Positions 47,548 to 49,328 of a stretch of DNA of 49,328 nt are shown here, piece by piece. The DNA is from a virus (lineage: Duplodnaviria > Heunggongvirae > Uroviricota > Caudoviricetes). Within the stretch, counting starts at the first letter, position 1; the number at the start of each line of letters is the position of its first letter. The stretch spans positions 1-49,328 of the IMG/VR virus record IMGVR_UViG_2778261065_000024; one strand, 5' to 3'. The translations under genes were made by a program, and so were the position numbers. The notes beneath the pieces are model-generated. The model was not told the origin of the DNA, searched no databases, and worked only from the letters and a program-made list of their open reading frames with translations.

Positions 47548-47874
47548 TCATGCAGCAAAATTAAGAAAGCCTAATCCCAAATCTTCCGCCAGCTTCTTGG
47601 CTTTCTTAAGCCAGTGATTGCGCCAATCTTTACGCTCAGGAGGAAGCTGTTTCGTTGCGTCATAGACCATTTCGAGCCACTCATTCCAAAGGATGAGAAG
47701 ACGGCGCGAACTCCCTTCCTCGCCTAAAACCTCGCGCTCAGTAGTTAGAGGGATGAGTCGACGCTCTACCAACTTTCTTACGGCTGATTCGGTCTTACCT
47801 GTGCGGCGGGAAAACTCATCGACGGTGATGGGGTCTGGGATCTTAAACAATGCCCTCAATAGTTCTTCATTCAT
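47548..47874 (-). CDS. Cox-like regulator/excisionase candidate (108 aa)
   Basis: ATG at 47874 after AGGGAGA; first gene of the early operon, divergent from the C repressor; call rests on position. Confidence 0.45.
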   Translation of the reverse strand: MNEELLRALFKIPDPITVDEFSRRTGKTESAVRKLVERRLIPLTTEREVLGEEGSSRRLLILWNEWLEMVYDATKQLPPERKDWRNHWLKKAKKLAEDLGLGFLNFAA

Positions 47875-47888
47875 GTGATAATCTCCCT

Positions 47889-47920
47889 GTTTGGGGTATT
47901 TCTTGCGACGGATGCCCCAA
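47889..47920. promoter_or_regulatory. inverted repeat TTTGGGG...CCCCAAA in the C/cox divergent promoter region (operator candidate)
   Basis: 7-bp inverted repeat arms at 47889-47895 and 47914-47920 between the divergent start codons. Confidence 0.3.
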
Positions 47921-47969
47921 ATCAAACTCATTTGTATAAACATTAATACAGACGTTGGAGAATTGCAAC

Positions 47970-48272
47970 ATGCGTATGACTATTGGAGAGCGCATAAAAA
48001 TCATGCGTGAAAGCGAGAGACTTACTAGCCTCCCGGATACAGCAAAAATGCTTGGTTTAAACCGTGATGCTCTGTGGAGATATGAAAGCGGTAAAACTAT
48101 CCCTAATGCTGAAGTAATTGAGCAAATACTAAACAACCCCAGATTTGAGAAATATGCGTTGTGGTTTATGACTGGGAAAATTGCGCCTGAATCCGGGCAG
48201 ATAGCTCCGGCTCTCGCACACTATGGGCAAGAGCCAACGGACTTACCCCCATCCGAAAGGAAAATTGGCTAA
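47970..48272 (+). CDS. C: immunity repressor C (P2 C-like)
   Basis: 100 aa; RFEKYALWFMTGKIAPESGQIAPALAHYGQ closely matches the P2 C repressor C-terminus as I recall it; GGAG RBS; upstream of int. Confidence 0.8.
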   Translation: MRMTIGERIKIMRESERLTSLPDTAKMLGLNRDALWRYESGKTIPNAEVIEQILNNPRFEKYALWFMTGKIAPESGQIAPALAHYGQEPTDLPPSERKIG

Positions 48273-48338
48273 CCCTTTATTATTCTTACGTTTTACAAAC
48301 TGGAAATGTCTTTCCTCGTTTCACCGGAGGGCTTGCCA

Positions 48339-49328
48339 ATGGCAATTAAAGCGCTCGATGGTGGACGGTATAAAGTGGATGTTAGACCGCGTGGCCGAAG
48401 TGGACGTCGGATTCAGCGGATTTTTAAGAAAAAGGCAGATGCAGTGGCCTTTGAGCGTTATGTTCTCAGCCACATGCACGATAAGGAATGGCTTGAAAAG
48501 CCAACAGAGCAACGTCATCTCTCAGATCTGCTTCCGTTATGGTGGGAATTGGGTGGACGCAATAAGCCATATGCTAACGGCGTTCTAACCAGGTTGAAAA
48601 AAATCATCAAAGAAATGAATGATCCAAGGGTTAGCCAGATTAATGCTCGTTTCATGGCCGCTTATCGAAGCTCCCGTTTATCCTTGGGAGTAAAAGAGTC
48701 TACTGTTCGGCGTGATGAGTCGGATCTCGGAGGAATGTTTACACTCCTGGCAAATGCCGGGGAATTTCACGGAGAAAATCCGCTCCGCGCCCTCCCCTCT
48801 TTGAAACGAAAATCACCCGAAATGACGTATCTCACCACGGAAGAAATCGCCAAATTACTGGATGCAGTAAGCGGTGATGCCCGGCGGATTACGCTACTTT
48901 GTCTCAGTACTGGGGCGAGATGGGGAGAAGCGAAAAATCTGCGCGCGGAACACATCATCAATAATCGCGTGACGTTTAACAAAACTAAAAACGGAAAAGT
49001 TCGAATTATTCCTGTCTCTGATGAAGTTGTTAGTGAGATCAAAACAAAGAAATCCGGCCTTTTGTTTGACGTCAATTATGAGGAATATCGCAAGGTGCTT
49101 CGCAGTGTTAAGCCAGACCTACCAAAAGGACAGGCTGTACATGTTCTACGCCATACCTTTGCTGCTCACTTTATGATTAATGGAGGAAATATACTTACGC
49201 TCCAGCGAATTATGGGGCACGCCACGATCCAGCAAACTATGACCTATGCGCACCTCGCTCCTGATTTCCTCCAGGATGCAATTTCACTTAATCCGTTAAA
49301 AGGAGGCATCCACATTTCATCCACATAA
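48339..49328 (+). CDS. int: tyrosine integrase, P2 family (second segment)
   Basis: MAIKALDGGRYKVDVRPRGRSGRRIQRIF N-terminus like P2 Int; C-terminal HVLRHTFAAHFMINGGNILTLQRIMGH; ORF opens at 48306; TAA at the window end. Confidence 0.9.
   Translation: MAIKALDGGRYKVDVRPRGRSGRRIQRIFKKKADAVAFERYVLSHMHDKEWLEKPTEQRHLSDLLPLWWELGGRNKPYANGVLTRLKKIIKEMNDPRVSQINARFMAAYRSSRLSLGVKESTVRRDESDLGGMFTLLANAGEFHGENPLRALPSLKRKSPEMTYLTTEEIAKLLDAVSGDARRITLLCLSTGARWGEAKNLRAEHIINNRVTFNKTKNGKVRIIPVSDEVVSEIKTKKSGLLFDVNYEEYRKVLRSVKPDLPKGQAVHVLRHTFAAHFMINGGNILTLQRIMGHATIQQTMTYAHLAPDFLQDAISLNPLKGGIHISST

Noticed and set aside
1-49328. CRISPR arrays, tRNA/rRNA genes, IS elements
   Set aside because: No regularly spaced direct repeats with unique spacers, no tRNA-like or rRNA-like segments, and no transposase-like ORFs were recognised by eye; a tRNAscan or IS search would be needed to be definitive

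Overview
The window holds two P2-family prophage segments joined tail-to-tail, plus one AT-rich gene at the left edge. Segment 1 (about 1534-24106, plus strand for late genes) has 186-type immunity (int, CI-like repressor, Apl-like, CII-like), Dam methylase, replication protein A, an SOS-box-controlled small-protein/DinI-like pair, a cargo island (lipoprotein and a zinc-ribbon/DUF4145-like protein) near a candidate cos site, then Q-P / O-N-M-L-X, a lysis cassette, R, S, an AT-rich moron, and V-W-J-I-H-G. Segment 2 (24078-49328, inverted) has P2-type immunity (C repressor, Cox-like, int), A, a plasmid-like cargo block (ParM/ParR, a 175-aa ORF, a signal-peptide protein and a YafO-family toxin), Q-P / O-N-M-L-X, holin, GH108 endolysin, spanins, R, S (with an internal insertion), and V-W-J-I-H-G. 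The two tail-fibre assembly genes converge and overlap by 29 bp, and neither segment carries tail sheath, tube, tape measure, D or ogr/B in this window. No rRNA, tRNA, CRISPR array or transposase was seen. The best candidates for undescribed accessory or defence functions are the 506-aa edge gene, the DUF4145-like protein and lipoprotein, the moron between S and V, and the YafO-family toxin with its atypical partner next to parMR. All calls rest on reading the six-frame translations and the DNA by eye; no database search was run.
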